DNA from: Naegleria gruberi
Taxonomy: Eukaryota
DNA: 64,000 nucleotides
Assembly (NCBI GenBank): GCA_000004985.1
Contig: GG738859.1
Strand: one strand, 5' to 3'
Part shown: in pieces, positions 63,019 to 64,000 of the stretch
How positions within the stretch are numbered: the stretch's first letter is position 1
Layout of the letters: each line of letters begins with the position of its first letter
Translations under genes and position numbers: made by a program
Notes under the pieces: generated by a model
Databases searched by the model: none
Told to the model about the DNA's origin: nothing
The model's input: the letters and a program-made list of their open reading frames with translations, nothing else

Positions 63019-64000
63019 ATGGTAGAATCACCAATTCTTCAAAAAGATCCTAATGAACAGCTGTTGCTACAAAGCCAAAAGCCACTTGGTCAACCACAAC
63101 AGCAACCTTACAATGCCATGCAAATGGAACTCACTCCACAACAGCAAACTCTGGAAAGTGTTGATAGACAAATGACTCAAGCATTTGGTCAACCATTGCC
63201 CCAACAGCAACCCATCCAATTTCAACAGCAACAACCATTAACCAGTAGTAGTGGTACCTTGCCAACTGCTAGCAATTTGGAAAGAAGAGAAGAACCTGAA
63301 AAACTTATTCAACCTTCTGAAGAATTAATGGAAGAGAAACAAGGTGGTAGTGCTCTTGGTGTTAGCAACATTTCTGGTTCTAGTAGTGGAGCTACTCAAC
63401 AAATGTCCATTTCTCCTTCGGTAGAAAAGTCAACCTTGCCACCCTTACCAACTAGTACCTTGCCTCAATCTGAACCATTTAGCCAGGAACAACATATGGT
63501 TAGTCATGATGTGAAAACACCTCACATTCGTGAGTACCCATGTATGAAAGCAGTTGTTACTTGTAACTATCAACAAGATGAACCAGAACACATGCTTGTT
63601 TATGTTGACAAGTATCCAAGACCTATTCGTATGAAATCTGATGAAATTCTTGTCAGAATGAAATGTGCTAGTGTCAATGATTTGGATTACAAAATCTGTC
63701 AAGGTAAAATTCCAGTTGAAATTCAAACTACTCCAATTCATTATCCGCTCATTGTTGGCGCAGATGGATGTGGTATAATTGAGAAATTAGGTGGAGATCC
63801 AACTAATCTCAGAGTAGGTGATTGTGTCTTTGGTTTCACCAATCAATTGGGTACATTTGGTGAGTTTGCTATCTTTAAGGAGAGAGAAGTCATGATGAAA
63901 CCTGACTGGTTGAGTATGGAAATGGCCAGCTGCATTCCATTCAGTGCTCTTGCTGCAATGAATTGTTTCCTTCTTGTTGATAAGAAGAGAAAGAAGAAAC
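63019..64000 (+). CDS. Medium-chain dehydrogenase/reductase, zinc-type alcohol dehydrogenase / quinone-oxidoreductase-like. It is 3'-partial and runs off the window end.
   Basis: The reading frame is open from the ATG at 63019 to position 64000. It is absent from the ORF track because no stop lies within the window. After a Q/S-rich N-terminal region comes an MDR GroES-like fold: ILVRMKCASVNDLDYKICQGKIP...PLIVGADGCGIIEKLG...LRVGDCVFGF. Confidence 0.55.
   Translation, partial: MVESPILQKDPNEQLLLQSQKPLGQPQQQPYNAMQMELTPQQQTLESVDRQMTQAFGQPLPQQQPIQFQQQQPLTSSSGTLPTASNLERREEPEKLIQPSEELMEEKQGGSALGVSNISGSSSGATQQMSISPSVEKSTLPPLPTSTLPQSEPFSQEQHMVSHDVKTPHIREYPCMKAVVTCNYQQDEPEHMLVYVDKYPRPIRMKSDEILVRMKCASVNDLDYKICQGKIPVEIQTTPIHYPLIVGADGCGIIEKLGGDPTNLRVGDCVFGFTNQLGTFGEFAIFKEREVMMKPDWLSMEMASCIPFSALAAMNCFLLVDKKRKKK

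Noticed and set aside
63445-63741. 98-aa minus-strand ORF
   Set aside because: It is antisense to the partial MDR dehydrogenase CDS (63019..64000), whose GroES-like motifs are clear on the plus strand. A shadow ORF.
1-64000. CRISPR arrays, rRNA genes and transposable elements
   Set aside because: No direct-repeat/spacer arrays, no rDNA-like conserved stretches and no RT/integrase/transposase-like ORFs appear in any frame. The eukaryotic gene structure also makes CRISPR irrelevant here.

Overview
This is an AT-rich eukaryotic chromosomal segment with densely packed genes on both strands and short introns of about 40-290 nt, mostly starting GTAAGT or GTATGT and ending AG. The coding sequences carry poly-Q, poly-N and Ser/Thr-rich tracts. 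Together with the gene content, this points to a dictyostelid-like social amoeba (Amoebozoa); the moderate GC content argues against D. discoideum itself. I support about 30 protein-coding genes and two identical tRNA-Phe(GAA) genes. About ten of the genes are multi-exon, and I rebuilt their splice junctions by hand; several are missed or split by the ORF track. The most striking region is a G-protein signalling neighbourhood at 54-63 kb. It holds three G-alpha genes, one of them a degenerate pseudo-GTPase sitting directly behind a canonical paralogue, arranged around a folliculin (FLCN) homologue. An RGS protein and a RasGEF lie elsewhere in the window. Other notable genes are a bacterial-type class II (adenosylcobalamin) ribonucleotide reductase, a purine nucleoside phosphorylase with three PNP domains in tandem, a catalase with a poly-Q N-terminal extension, a P5B-ATPase with a DKTNT phosphorylation motif, a fungal-type Zn2Cys6 transcription factor, an RWP-RK protein and a small secreted protein resembling a solute-binding or iGluR ligand-binding domain. 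The remaining recognisable genes are a DENN+PH protein, GET1/WRB, ITPK1, tubby, Rad21, fatty acyl-CoA reductase, an aldo-keto reductase, a GNAT acetyltransferase and RPA49. I found no CRISPR arrays, rRNA genes or clear transposons. All calls rest on reading the translations by eye; no database search was run.
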